64,000 nt of DNA, taken from contig OZ024743.1 in NCBI GenBank assembly GCA_964016885.1, forward strand, positions 77,686,001 to 77,750,000, read 5' to 3'. Source of the stretch: Eledone cirrhosa. Taxonomy: Eukaryota. Positions 39,783 to 54,035 of the stretch are shown piece after piece. The notes below the pieces were generated by a model. It was not told the origin of the DNA and searched no databases. It saw only the letters and a list, made by a program, of their open reading frames with translations. Position 1 is the stretch's first letter; each line of letters opens with the position of its first letter. The translations under genes were made by a program, and so were the position numbers.

Positions 39783-40771
39783 TGTGTGTGTGTGTGTGTA
39801 TTCATACATAGCTGTTATCATCAGCATATATATATATATAATGTAAATGCACACACACACCCACACATATATATATCATCATCATCATTTTATGTCCGCT
39901 CTTCCCTACTTTAGTATTGTATCTCTCCATTTGTCACAGTCCTTCGTCATCTCCTCTCTGAGCTTAGGGCAAAGGAGATGTTCCAGACAGAGACAACTAT
40001 AGAGGTATTAAGTTGGTTAGCAGGTTATGAAGGTCCCCAAAAGAGTCATCACACACCACCCCTCCCATTGTCATTTCCCACCCAGAAAAATTTGTAGCAT
40101 TGACTTTTGTCTACAAGGACTCTAGCGGACTCTCCTCTCCATCTAGTCTCTTGCACACAACACATCAATTTCCTTTAAAATTTCTGCTGCTCTTCCTTTA
40201 ATTGTGTTTACATTGATGGTGCCAACTCAGAATTTTGGGCATTTGCCATCACTCGTGGGAAAGGGTGAATTTTTGCAGGGGAGTGTGTAGGCTTTCTGTC
40301 TCTGAATTAGAGCTTTGCAAGGACACTTGGTAACTCGTGGATTCATATTAATTTATTTATTCGGAGTTGTTCCATCATCCATAGATAACGATAAACAAGA
40401 ATTTAGGGCAGGGGAAAAAATAAGCAAGGTAGTTGTAATGGCAAAATTTGTTGGCGCAGGTAATGGGTGAGGATATGTTGCCGTGGTTTGATTGGTCGAA
40501 GCGTCTATGGTGGTGAGTGGGGGTGGGCAGGATGGAAATTGTGAGATAGGTAGCCATGATGGTGTACATCGTTGCTGAAGATTCGGGGGGAAATAGCAGA
40601 TACTAGTAGACATATTCAACAAGGCGAATGTGTGAGAATTTCGAAGAGAGTCACCAACTACTACAGTGTGGGCTGGGTACTTTTTAACGTGATACCTACA
40701 TGACGACTTTTATACAGTGTGTACTGGGTGCCTTTTTGTGATACCCACATGACATACATATATATATATAT

Positions 40772-41267
40772 AGGATGACAGCTGCATAAAAAGGTGCAGA
40801 GCACTAGAAGTTGATGGAAACCGCGGAGTGGGGAGACCCAAGATGACTTGGGATGAGGTGATAAAAGCCGACCTTACCCAACTACACCTCTCAAAGTCAA
40901 TGACACACGACCGTGACTTCTGGCGTCACGCAGTAATACAGGGTACCCGACCTCCCATGGGTACATGCTGAAGCATATAAACAATATGCCCCCCCCCCCC
41001 ACCGCAAGGTGGTCGTGGAGGTGCCACGGCAAAAAAGCACCCAGCCCACACTGTAAAGTGGACGTGTAGGCGCCACGAAAAAGCACCCAGCACTCACTGT
41101 AAATGAGGTTGGTGTTAGGAAGGGCATCCAGCTGTAGAAATCAAGCCAGATCAGTTCCTGTATGAGCAAGGCATGGTCAGCCGACCAGACACTGCCCACA
41201 ACAGGACAACCCGTCTAACCCATGCTAGCGTGGAAGAACGGACGTAAAACGGTGATGATGATGATGA
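40772..41267 (+). mobile_element. RTE LINE 3' end
   Basis: Homologous to 4270-4775; (GAT)n tail. Confidence 0.85.
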
Positions 41268-41327
41268 TATAGGAAAAGAATCAGGACCCCAATGGCCGAG
41301 TTTCAGCTGTTTCAACAGCTAGTTCCG

Positions 41328-41370
<43 letters not shown>

Positions 41371-41371
<1 letters not shown>

Positions 41372-41561
41372 TTGTTTCTACTTTAGGCACAAGGCCAGCA
41401 ATTATCCAGTACATTACTGGTACTTTATTTAATCGACCCCGTAAGGATGAAAGGCAAAGTTAACCTCGGCGGGATTTGAACTCAGATCATAAAGGGACGT
41501 AACTCTATGCTTCAAAGCATGGTGTCCGACTCTCTACCGATACTGCCAATCCACCGCCCTT
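41371..41561 (-). mobile_element. tRNA-derived SINE
   Basis: Minus strand A box tggcagtatcgg and B box gagttcaaatccc; several copies in the window. Confidence 0.85.
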
Positions 41562-42050
41562 ATATATACATATAATGTAGAGAAGTAACACATGAGTTAA
41601 TATATATCCTAGGAGATAAAACGCTCGGAGACTTTTAGTTCTTGCCTTCACAGATTCAGCAAAACTTTTCATAGGGTATTTAATTAAATTTTAAATAATG
41701 CTAAATAAACTATGAAATAAGCAATACAAAATTTCTTTATATATAACCCATGCTAGCATGGAAGAACGGACGTAAAACGGTGATGATGATGATGATAGTT
41801 TAGTGGATCTGTTCACTTCCCCAGTTTGGTTGTATGAACATCTCTTCTATAGGTTTTTTGTAAGTGTATGCGCAACAAACAGTTCATAAAAGACATACCT
41901 CGATGATTATATATACGTCAGAACTAAGGGCAGTTAATAGTCTGTTTTTAAAGCCAGACACCAGGTGGCGTCATCTTGCTACAATAGTTTCAAGCTAATT
42001 TGTTGTTAAAATGTAAATAAGTTTAAATAGACTATGAAATAAGTAATATA

Positions 42051-42240
42051 ATTGTTTCTACTTTTGGCACAAGGCCAGCAATTATCCAGTGCATTACTGG
42101 TACTTTATTTTATCGACCCCGTAAGGATGAAAGGCAAAGCTAACCTCGGCCGGATTTGAATTCAGACCATAAAGGGCCGTAACTCTTTACTGCAAAGCAT
42201 TGCGTCTGACACTCTACCGATACTGCCAATCCACCGCCCT
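42051..42240 (-). mobile_element. tRNA-derived SINE with target-site duplication (duplicate at ~56097-56286)
   Basis: Same family; tgaaataagtaatata on both sides (42035-42050 and 42241-42256). Confidence 0.88.
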
Positions 42241-43122
42241 TGAAATAAGTAATATAATATTTCTTTATTATAACTTTAACATCTATCTTAAATTTTAAAT
42301 AGTATCTAAGTGAATTAAATGTAACATAAAATGATAAAATAGGCTACAATATATACCTCTTTTCCTTTGAACTAATTGATTAATCCGGTAACATGATACC
42401 CTAGCCAGTTAAAACAAATAGCAACGCCAACTGCTAAATATTTTTCCACTCGTATAATATCAACTAAAATACAATTGTAAATATAAACCAAGATAAATTG
42501 GCTACGAAATTAGTAATTAAAATTTTCTTTAATAGTTACATTATATAACTTCAGCATCTTTAAATAAATATCTAAAATTTTGAAAGTTTTTCGATATAGT
42601 ATCTAATTTAATCTAACATAAGTGATAAATAAATAAACTAACGGTCCATACTTGCTTTCTTTTGATCTATTTGACCAATCTGGTAACCTCATACTCTAGC
42701 CAGTTCAAAAACACCAACACCAACTGTAATATTTTTCCCACTCATATAATATCTTCTGTGACGATGTTTTTTCCTAGCATATGCTTGCCGGTCACCAAAC
42801 TAAATAGCTTGTCTCAGACCGCCTGCATATCAAATGATATCTACATCTCCTGTGGATTTCATCTGACGAGTACATGTTTCGACTTACATATAAGCCATAC
42901 CTTCGAAATACGTATAATAAAATAAATAGGGACGGGCTAAAGTAACTGTCGTTTTTGTTTATTATCATACACAATGTTTAAGCAGGTAATTAAAATCCTA
43001 GTCTTCAGAACATTTATATAGATACTTAACTATTGACTGTGTCAGTGACATCATATAAAAAAGCAGGAGTTGCAAAAAGATATGCTACAGGATTTACACA
43101 TCTATATATATATATATGTATG

Positions 43123-46100
43123 TGTTATGTATTCTTGTGGTTCGTGCTGGGATAATAAACAACTCACTGAAGGCGTTGGCATGATTCTACGTGTTTATTT
43201 ACTTGGCATGTTTTTAGCGGACTGATACATACTGTGCGTATCCGCCTTAGACACAGTTCCTACTGTTTACTAGATGCGCTTAATAAAATAGTACTAATAG
43301 TGGGGATGTATTCATTGTTATGTATATCTACGCATACACATAGGTATGAACGTGTAACATCCCTTCTTGAAAAAAAAGGATCTTTTGGCAATGAAAAAAA
43401 AAAGTAGAAGTAATCTCCCTTACACTAATGGACTGTCAGCGCAAGGGTGGCACTCCTGCAGCAGAAACCGTGAGATTATTCTGCCCACACACGTGGTTTT
43501 CTGCTTCCTAATCTAGCAGAAATAGTTGTTTTTTTTTAATTTATTTTTTTTTTATTTCACTTAACGGTATCGAATCGGTGGTAAAATGTTCGGTCTCCAT
43601 CTGGTGGATCTTGTGCTCTGCACTGGTGTCTGAGGTGTGTTGTTAGGCTGCTGATAGGTGGTTGGTGCCCGTTGGGGTGATGATTCTGTGGAAGCACGGA
43701 TTCTGTGTGTGTCGTCATCTGCTGTGGGTGTTGTGCATGTTATCCTCGATAGCTTTGGTGTTGGGCGGATGTGGGCTCTGTTACGTCTCAGCTGCCTATC
43801 AGATTCAGTTTCTATAATATATGATCTTGGAGTTTTGGCTCTACTGACAACTTGTGCTGGGATCCATGTTTTGGTTATAGGATCTTGAGTATGCACATGC
43901 TGTCCTCCAAGTATCTCAGGTAAGTATTGTGCATGTTTGTTGTAATATTTCTGTGCTAGCTTTGCCCTTGTCTCTTCCTGGTCAATAGGGGGTTGGATCT
44001 TAGTTGGCAGGGTGGTTTTGTATTTCCTGCCATTCAGCATTTCTGCTGGGGATTTCATGTCAGTCCTCAGTGGTGTCGCTCGTAGGGACAGAAGTGCCAG
44101 GTGTGGGTCTTCCTTAGTTTCTCGGCATTAGACTAGTATTCTCTTGACTGTCTGCACCTGTCTTTCTATGAATCCATGGCCTTTGGGGTAGTGTGGAGAT
44201 GAGGTTATAATGTTGAACCCATACTCATCGGCTAGCTTTTTGAATTCCTGAGATGTGAACTGGGTTCCATTGTCACATATGATCTGCTCTGGTATTCCTT
44301 GCTCTGCTAGGAGTCCTCGAGCCACTGTAGTTATTGTTTTGGCCCTCAGGTCTTTCACTTTTCTCACAAATGGGAATTTGGAGTAGTAGCAGACCATAAT
44401 CAAGTACCATTCTTGGTTCTCTGTGAACAGATCTACTCCAATAGTTTGCCATGGCCTTCTTGGAATGTCACTGGATATCATTTCCTCCTTTTGTTGTGAG
44501 TTTCTGTACTTTTGATAGATGTGGCATGTAGAAACCATCTTTTCTATGTCTTTGTACATGCCTATCCAATATACAGCTGACTTGGCTCGGAGTTTGCATT
44601 TTTCCATTCCCAGATGTCCTTGGTGGATCTTGACAAGAATCTCTTTTTGCATTGATTTGGGCATAATTATTCGGGATCCAGCCATCAGGATTCCATTCTC
44701 CACTGATATGTCATCATGGATGGCCCAATATTCACGAATGAGGGGCTGCACCTGATGTCTCTTCTCTGGCCACCCCTGAATCACCATCTGAGTAAGGAGC
44801 TGGAGTTCATCTTTGCTGGTCTCCTCTTTGATTTGTTCCAGCTTTGTGTTTGTCACATTTACAATGTGGTGGACCTTTACACTTAGTCCTTCCATTTCCT
44901 GTTTATCATGTGAGGATAGTCTGGAAAGAGCATCCGCCAATATCAGGTCCTTTCCTGGCTTGTACCTGATATTGTAGTCATATTTTTGGAGCCTCAACAG
45001 TAACCTTTGCTGTCTGGCTGGTGCTTTTGTGAGTTTTTTTTTGTATATTTGTTCTAGCGGGCAATGGTCTGACTCAATATTGAAATATCTGCCATACAGG
45101 TATGTGTGAAACTTTTCACAGCCATATACTACTGCCAGGAGTTCCCTTTCAATGTTTGCATACCTTGTCTCTGTGGGTGAGAGAGCTTTCGAGGCATATG
45201 CAATAGGTTTACCTTCTTGTATCAATGCTGCGCCAACTCCTCTCATAGAAGCATCAACTTGGAGTGTTACTGGTTTGCATCTATCATAGTACTGCAGAGT
45301 TGTCTCCTTACTGATGAGCTTTTTGATTGCATTGAAATCCTGTGTGTGCGAAGCACACCAATCAAACTCTATGTCATCTTTCATTAGCTCTCGGAGGTTT
45401 GCAGTGTGATCGGCCAGCTTAGGTATGAAGGCTCCCATATAGTGGATGAGTCCCAGGAAGCTTCCGAGTTCCTTCTTATCTTTGGGTTCTCTGATGTCAC
45501 TGATGGCTTCCACTTTAGCGGCGTCTGGTTTCACTCCCTCTGCAGAGTATATCATTCCAAATAATTTGCACTCTTTTGCTTTGATCACACACTTGTCTAC
45601 ATTGAGTTTGATACCTGCTTGTCGGGTTTTCTCCATAGCTTCATGTAAATTGAAGTCATGTGTGATCTCATCCTTGCCATGCACTTGGATATCGTCTGCT
45701 ATCCCAATTGCTCCCTTGCAGCCTTGGTAGGCCTCATCTATTTGGTGCTGGAAAACATCTTGGCTCACCTTCAATCCAAATGGGAGTCGGTTGAATCGGT
45801 ATCTGCCAAATGGTGTGTTGAAGGTAGTTAGCATCGATGATTCTTTGTCTATCTTTACATTCCAGTACCCATTACTGGCATCCAGTTTGCTGAATATCTT
45901 GGATCCAGCTAATGATGGTGTGATTTCTTCAAGGGTTGGAATTGGGTAGTAATCTCGTTTTAATGCCATATTCAGATCTCTTGGGCCGAGGCATATTCGT
46001 AAGGTACCATTGGCTTTTTCTTTGATTACAATTGAATTCACCCAGTCAGTTGGTCATGTCACTTTGGTGATTACTTCCGTCTTCTCCATTCTGTCTAACT

Positions 46101-47027
46101 CTGCCTTCAGCTTCTCTTTTAATTCCAGCGGAACGCGGCGAGGTGGGTGAACAATTGGTTTGGCATTGGGGTCGACTGTTATATGGTATCGACATTTCTC
46201 AAAACACCCGACTGTATCGTCAAAGCATTCTGGGTACATGCTTATCAGTTCTTCTTTATTTGTGATTGGTGGTCGGTCTTCGATAGGCATATCTCTGTCA
46301 ATCCTGCTTGGAGTTGCCTTCACTTCTCTGTTGATTGACACAATATTAAGCCTTTGACAGGTATTAAGTCCAAGAATTGCAGGTCCTTCTGTTCTTGTGA
46401 CATAAAAAGAACACTTGATTATTTTTCCTTTGTGTGTCCCTGTAATGGTTGTTTTGCCCAGTTGTGGAATCTTAGTACCTCCGTATGCAGTGAGGATTAC
46501 ATCACTTGGTGTGAGGATTCCTTTGACTTTATCCTCTTGTGTCATGTGTTCTGGGAACATCTTTTTGTAGAGGTTGACAGGCAAGATATCACTCTGGGCT
46601 CCAGTGTCAATCTTTGGCTTTAAGTCAATGTTTATTCATTTCTTGCCTGACGTCTTTTGGATTTGTATTGTTGTGTATGCTTCATTTTTTTTCTGGTTGT
46701 CATTTCCCATCTCATGTACATTTATTGTGCCGACTGCCAAGAATTCCTCCTCTGAGGTGTTTTCTTCCTGTTGTTGGGCATGTATGTCTCTTTGTCTTCT
46801 CTTTCCGCTCCTCTTTGGAAACTGGGGCTTGTATTTGTGAGATTTTGTTAGTCTACACATTTTTCCCCAGTGGTTGGGCTTTCCATATACTTTGTAGTAT
46901 GTACCGAATGCAGGACATTTCCTCCGGTCATTGAACTCATGCTCTGTACCGCAGTACTGGCATATTCTGTGTTTGTGGGTATGTTTCGTTCTATGTCTGG
47001 ATACAATATCTACACTGCTGCCTATTG
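43123..47027 (-). mobile_element. Ty3/Gypsy LTR retrotransposon, 5' part lost
   Basis: Gag Zn knuckle (~46900), protease KIDTGAQ (~46600), RT IADDI, RNase H DAS, integrase (ORF 44128-46041); 3' LTR 43123-43359 (tgtta...taaca) with adjacent polypurine tract. Confidence 0.93.
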
Positions 47028-47059
47028 TGTATATGTATATATATATATATGTTTGTATA

Positions 47060-49026
47060 TATATCATCATCATCATCATCACCGTTTTACGTCCGTTCTT
47101 CCATGCTAGCATGGGTTAGAGGGGTTGTCCTGTTGTGGGCAGTGTCTGGTCGGCTGACCATGCCTTGCTCATACAGGAAGTGATTTTGGCTTGATTTCAA
47201 CAACTGGATGCCCTTCCTAACACCAACCTCATTTACAGTGAGTGCTTGGTGCTTTTTTGCCGTGGCACCTCCACGACCACCTTGCAGTGGGAGGGTGTGG
47301 GGGCATATTGTCTATATGCTTTAGCTTTGGCTTGTACCCATGGGAAGTCGGGTACTCTGTATTACTGCATGACGCCAGAGGTCACGGTCGTGTGTCATCA
47401 CCTTTGAGAGGTGCAATTGGGTAAGGTCGGCTTTTATCACCTCATCCCAGGTCTTCTTGGGTCTCCCCACTCCGCCATTTCCATTGACTTCTAGTTCTCT
47501 GCACCTTTTTATGCAATTGTCATCCTTCATATGCATCACATGTCCATACCAACCAACCGCCTCTCCTGCACACAGCATTTGATTCCTCTTATGCTCAGTC
47601 TCTCTCTCAATTCATTTATGCTTTGTCGTTCGCGTATATTACTATTACACATCCATCGGAGCATGCAGGCTTCATTTCTTTCTAATCTACGTAAGTCTTC
47701 CACCCTCAGCGCCCAGGTCTCACTACCATGTAACATTGCTGTTCGGATACACGCATCATACAGTCTGCCTTTCATTTTGAGGGAGAAGCCTTTTGCAGCT
47801 AGCAGTGGTAGTCGTTCCCTAAACTTCTTCCATCCCGTTCTTACCCTAGTTATTGTACTTTCTGAACACCCACATCCGCTGCTAATTCGGTCACCTAGGT
47901 AGCAGAAGCTGTCTACTGTTTCTACAGAGCCCTCCCAGAGATTGATGGTACTTGTTTCCTGTGGCTGTTTGCTGCTTGCTGTCCCAGCACAGCTGCTGCA
48001 TGTGAAGCCTACATTCTTAATTAAGCTTCCTGAGATCCCGCTACATCTCTTGTGTACCCATTGATTGCATTTGGGGCAGAGAATGGAGTTCCTACCTACA
48101 CCTTTCCTACATACTGAGAAAGGCCAATTCCCTGAGGGGATCTGGGTTCTGTTTTCTCGTCTACTTACAAGGACATTAGTCTGTCATGTTGTCTTTGAGA
48201 CCCTTTCTTTCTAGTCCCTGCTTCCAAGTTTGGAATTTCTTCTCTAGTTCTACCATAGATTCAGCTATAAGTGTGAGGTCATCAGCATACAGGAGTTCCC
48301 ATGGGCATCCCGTCTTAAACTCCACCGTTATTGCCTGCAGGACTATGATGAACAGGAGAGGGCTAAGAACAGAGCCCTGGTGGACACCAACCTGTACGCT
48401 AAATTCCTCGCTATACTCATTGCTAATCCTGACTTTGCTGACTGCTCCCCTATACATGGCTTGTACAGCTTTCACGAGCCATTCATCTACTCCTAGTTTT
48501 CTAAGAGCCCACCAGATATATGTATATATATGTGGTTGGTGTTAGGAAGGGCATCCAGCTGTAGAAAACCCGCCAGACAGTCCTATGCGAGCAAGACAAT
48601 CACTCTTGCCTCAAGTGGGAAAACTCCCGTCCAAACCCATGCAAGCGTGGAACACGGACGTTAAACGATGATGATGATGATGATGATGATGTATGTCTAT
48701 GTATGTCTATGTATAAGGGTATAAGAGGGATAAGTTGTGGTGTGCAGGAGACAAGGCTGAGATGGTATGGACATGTGATGCGCATGGAAGACGACCGCTG
48801 GGTAAAGAAGTGCCAAGAAATCCCAGTAGAAGGAAGACGCAGTAGAGGAAGACCACAAAAAACATGGGCGGAGGTGGCGAGAGTAAACCTCAGATCGCTA
48901 AGCTCACGGAGGAGATGACGAAGGACCGTGACAAGTGGAGAGATGCTGTACCCGTCTTCATATCTTTGATTGCCTTACTTATTATACTACCCTCGACTAA
49001 CACTGCTGGTCCCTCTATTGGGTCGA
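47060..49026. mobile_element. Mosaic of RTE fragments (minus 47060-48516, plus 48530-48950, minus 48950-49026); repeated at ~57190-59146
   Basis: ORFs 48176-48475 (LYADD), 47536-47775, 48703-48918. Confidence 0.85.
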
Positions 49027-49101
49027 TGTATATATATATATATATATATGTATTAAGAGAGTAAAACAAAGAATCCTTTAATACATCAAAAGTTTTTATT
49101 A

Positions 49102-49139
49102 GCCAACAATGTTTCGTCCTATTAAGGACTCATCAGGGC
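49102..49139 (-). ncRNA. Minimal type I hammerhead ribozyme (left arm)
   Basis: Minus strand gcc-CTGATGA-gtcc ttaata ggac-GAAAC att GTT-ggc. Confidence 0.8.
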
Positions 49140-49469
49140 AATCAAAACAACAAGAGGTAATTTCGGCAGATACAAGCCAGAAACTCTGAAGAATATGGAG
49201 TTTACATACACTAATGTCTTACAAAGATATACGATAATAAAAATGAAGATAAAAATAATAAAATTATAATAACTAAGGATGTAGATAACATTAAGAACCA
49301 TATTACAAATATAGTCCAAAGTCACCAACTTAAATCTAAACAAATTTGGTTATATAGAGCAGGAATTATATATAACACAGTATAATACATTATAATAATA
49401 ATATATCTATACCAACACTGAAATTCCAAATCAAAAATCAAAAGGTACAATATATACATGTATATATGT

Positions 49470-49513
<44 letters not shown>

Positions 49514-50505
49514 TACAATACACATATCTATTTTCTATTACACAGAAATTAAGCCCTATTGGAAGTTTGAACATCAAAAATATCAAAAATAAGCATGGTA
49601 ATAGTGAAAATAATGCTAATACATCTACCCAATATACATGAGGCAATAATTACAAGAAACACTTATAATAAATAATAAACAACAAAATTATATAATACAA
49701 TACAATATAATAAAGTAGAATATATATAATCTCCGGTTAATTTACAGAAACAATATAGATGTTACAGTGAAATACAATAAGTTGTTAACATTATATTAAC
49801 AATTACCATAATCAATATGTACAACATGATTCATACTGGGTTACATAATAAATGGGGAAATATCAATCATATAATATAATACAATAATACTCAAAAAAAC
49901 TATATTGGTACAGGGAACAATTATGATGTTACAGAAAAAATATGTTGTTACAGAAAAAATATAGACATCTAACATGATATGTAAAGTCTAAATACCATAA
50001 TGTTACATATTACAATATTAAAATATTAAAATATTAAAATATTAAAAAAATATAAAGTTTAACTATCTTAATGTTATATATAATAAACGGTAAGTAATAA
50101 GGATCTATTTCATAATGTAATATATTTTAAAAATTGGCATATAATATATAAATAAATACTTATAATTTCAAGGTTAGTAGACAGACATGTGTGGATGAGT
50201 GAACGAAGCCAGACAGTGAGTAGTAAATAAAACAGATAAATACAATCAACCGGAAATTACAAAACAAAGCAAATGTATACACACTTAGGCCTCGCGTGCA
50301 TTAAGAAATTTGGTAAACACCAAGGAAAACGATCATTTTAAATGACTCCAAACCCTATCTGATAAATTAATATTAAAAATATCAAACCCGTCCGATAAGG
50401 TAGTATAAAATTAGCTATAGTCTAAGTCATTAAAGTATATAAACTTTTAATATAAACTATAAGATATAATGCGCTAGAGAGGTAGAATTCTTAAACCTAA
50501 TATGT

Positions 50506-51531
50506 TTGGCTGGATCTTGTTCTAGTAATGTTGCTCCTACTGATCCTATCATTGGCCTTAATCCTCTTGTAGGGATTCTGGACAACAGTGGATCTACTAG
50601 AGGTAGAAACTATAATAGGCATAATGTAATTATGGCTGATTCTATGAATGCGGCTTCAAATATTCCCGATAGTAACCCTAGTCTCGACGGTGGGACTTTT
50701 GATAGAGGTAGGGTCGATAAGAATAAAAATAAAAATAGAAGGCGATTGAATACTTATTTCAACCCGCCATATAACCAGGATGTATCAACTAATATCCCTA
50801 GGTCTTTCTTCACTATCCTGGAGAAAAATGTCCCCCCTTCTCACAAATACCATGGTATTTTTAATAAAAATGTTATTAAACTATCATTCTCTACCACCCC
50901 TAATATTAGTTCTCATTTAGCTAGCACTAATAATAGGAAGATTAGGGATGGATTCTCCTCTCTGCAGACTAATAGTCTGAATGCATCGGAAAATGCTTTA
51001 CCACCAGAACAGTCCTTATCTAATAGAGGTCCTAAGTGCAATACATCACCACTCGAGCCAACCAATAACACCCGGAAGTGCAATTGTAGAGTGAGTGCTA
51101 ACTGCCCTCTAAACGGTAACTGCCTTTCTAAGAACATTGTCTATGCTTGCGAGGTTATAACTAATTCCTCTAAAGGAACATATATAGGATCTACTTCAAA
51201 CACTTTTAAGACTAGGTTTAACTCTCATATCTCTAACTTCAAACATATTAGGTTTAAGAATTCTACCTCTCTAGCGCATTATATCTGGGATCTTAAGGGA
51301 GCTTGTATACCATATAGCCTTAACTGGAGTTTAGTAGCACGATCTAACCACCTTTCTGCACATAGTAAGTTTTGTAATTTCTGTATACTTGAGACACACT
51401 CTATTATTTTCTCTAGCGTACCCTTACTGAATAGAAAGTCTGAGATATTCTCTTCTTGCCCCCATGCCATCTCTAATTCTTACTTTTATTATAAACCCAA
51501 ATGTTCTAGTAGTACAAATTGTACCCATTAG
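50506..51531 (+). CDS. PLE-type GIY-YIG endonuclease with upstream CxC-x5-C-x5-C linker; no RT
   Basis: YFNPPY, CNCRVSANCPLNGNC, IVY...YIGST...FKTRFNSH, CNFCILE, LLNRKSE; the frame is closed upstream by TAA at 50467. Confidence 0.85.
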   Translation: MAGSCSSNVAPTDPIIGLNPLVGILDNSGSTRGRNYNRHNVIMADSMNAASNIPDSNPSLDGGTFDRGRVDKNKNKNRRRLNTYFNPPYNQDVSTNIPRSFFTILEKNVPPSHKYHGIFNKNVIKLSFSTTPNISSHLASTNNRKIRDGFSSLQTNSLNASENALPPEQSLSNRGPKCNTSPLEPTNNTRKCNCRVSANCPLNGNCLSKNIVYACEVITNSSKGTYIGSTSNTFKTRFNSHISNFKHIRFKNSTSLAHYIWDLKGACIPYSLNWSLVARSNHLSAHSKFCNFCILETHSIIFSSVPLLNRKSEIFSSCPHAISNSYFYYKPKCSSSTNCTH

Positions 51532-53023
51532 CAGATATATTCCATTACTTAGTTTTTTGTTTGGGTTCTTTTGTTTGCCAGCATTAATGTTATCATTGGT
51601 TTTTGATGACTCTTCATTCTAGATCTCATAATCATTTGGCCACTGTACCATATCTATGTCTTCACTATTACACCTTGTTAGTATACATAAGATTACACAC
51701 GTTATTATCTTTATATATTCTTTTATTATCATTAACTTTAATTTTTAATTTTAACTTTATTTTTATTTTTAATTCTATTTATATTTTTATTTCTAAGTCT
51801 ATTCTGATTTATCTATCGATCCCCCCCCCCCATGCACGCATAAACTTATTGTCAACCCCTCTAGATTGAATATGATTATATTAAACCCCCCCCTCTTTTA
51901 TGCTCTGTTCTATTATTTATTATAGTATATCGAATATATTTTATGCCACTTTGCACCCTCCATATATTTTGTCAATTCCGTCCCCATTAGCCTACCTTAA
52001 CTCTACTTAAGTCAGTTTTTTAGATATCGTTGCGTGTATGATAGTGTAATTTTATTCCTTTTTGTAAACATTTGTAACGATACATTAAAGTTTATATACT
52101 TTAATGACTTAGACTATAGCTAATTTTATACTACCTTATCGGACGGGTTTGATATTTTTAATATTAATTTATCAGATAGGGTTTGGAGTCATTTAAAATG
52201 ATCGTTTTCCTTGGTGTTTACCAAATTTCTTAATGCACGCGAGGCCTAAGTGTGTATACATTTGCTTTGTTTTGTAATTTCCGGTTGATTGTATTTATCT
52301 GTTTTATTTACTACTCACTGTCTGGCTTCGTTCACTCATCCACACATGTCTGTCTACTAACCTTGAAATTATAAGTATTTATTTATATATTATATGCCAA
52401 TTTTTAAAATATATTACATTATGAAATAGATCCTTATTACTTACCGTTTATTATATATAACATTAAGATAGTTAAACTTTATATTTTTTTAATATTTTAA
52501 TATTTTAATATTTTAATATTGTAATATGTAACATTATGGTATTTAGACTTTACATATCATGTTAGATGTCTATATTTTTTCTGTAACAACATATTTTTTC
52601 TGTAACATCATAATTGTTCCCTGTACCAATATAGTTTTTTTGAGTATTATTGTATTATATTATATGATTGATATTTCCCCATTTATTATGTAACCCAGTA
52701 TGAATCATGTTGTACATATTGATTATGGTAATTGTTAATATAATGTTAACAACTTATCATTGTATTTCACTGTAACATCTATATTGTTTCTGTAAATTAA
52801 CCGGAGATTATATATATTCTACTTTATTATATTGTATTGTATTATATAATTTTGTTGTTTATTATTTATTATAAGTGTTTCTTGTAATTATTGCCTCATG
52901 TATATTGGGTAGATGTATTAGCATTATTTTCACTATTACCATGCTTATTTTTGATATTTTTGATGTTCAAACTTCCAATAGGGCTTAATTTCTGTGTAAT
53001 AGAAAATAGATATGTGTATTGTA

Positions 53024-53057
<34 letters not shown>

Positions 53058-53387
53058 ACATATATACATGTATATATTGTACCTTTTGATTTTTGATTTG
53101 GAATTTCAGTGTTGGTATAGATATATTATTATTATAATGTATTATACTGTGTTATATATAATTCCTGCTCTATATAACCAAATTTGTTTAGATTTAAGTT
53201 GGTGACTTTGGACTATATTTGTAATATGGTTCTTAATGTTATCTACATCATTAGTTATTATAATTTTATTATTTTTATCTTCATTTTTATTATCGTATAT
53301 CTTTGTAAGACATTAGTGTATGTAAACTCCATATTCTTCAGAGTTTCTGGCTTGTATCTGCCGAAATTACCTCTTGTTGTTTTGATT

Positions 53388-53425
53388 GCCCTGATGAGTC
53401 CTTAATAGGATGAAACATTGTCGGC
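53388..53425 (+). ncRNA. Minimal type I hammerhead ribozyme (right arm)
   Basis: gcc-CTGATGA-gtcc ttaata ggat-GAAAC att GTC-ggc, then AATAAA; predicted cleavage after 53422. Confidence 0.85.
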
Positions 53426-53865
53426 TAATAAAAACTTTTGATGTATTAAAGGATTCTTTGTTTTACTCTCTTAATTTTTCGGCTCTGTTTAACTGCATTG
53501 AGCTATACCTTTTACTGTCATTTCTATAATACGAAGAGGGTGTTTGACTCAAACACGCTCCAGTATTCTAATCCTTATATATATATGTATGTATGTATGT
53601 ATGTATCTCTATGTATATATATATATATGTATGTATGTATGTATCTCTATGTATATATATATATATGTATGTATGTATCTCTATGTATATATATATATAT
53701 ATGTATGTATGTATGTATCTCTATGTATATATATATATATATGTATGTATGTATGTATCTCTATGTATATATATATATATATGTATGTATGTATGTATCT
53801 CTGTATATATATATATATATGTATGTATGTATGTATCTCTATGTATGTATGCATCTCTATGTATG

Positions 53866-53898
<33 letters not shown>

Positions 53899-53917
53899 GT
53901 ATGCATCTCTATGTATG

Positions 53918-53948
<31 letters not shown>

Positions 53949-54035
53949 GTATGCATCTCTGTGTATATATATGTATATATATATCTATATGTGTGTGTAT
54001 GTATGTATCAATTCCTTCTCTCCTATTTGTTTCAG

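Larger units (their letters stand above)
49052..53578 (+). mobile_element. Fold-back Penelope-like element, copy 1: ~1.4-kb inverted arms, GIY-YIG ORF, HHRs, ~100-bp 3' tail
   Basis: 49052-50450 is the reverse complement of 52084-53475; unique tail 53476-53578; both flanks are (TA)-rich microsatellite. Confidence 0.88.

Noticed and set aside
41285-41330. Hairpin plus GAAAC resembling half a hammerhead on the minus strand
   Set aside because: There is no CUGANGA core or stem I; at most a truncated remnant.
41371-41561. tRNA gene
   Set aside because: It has A and B boxes but no cloverleaf; it is multi-copy with a TSD, so it is a SINE.
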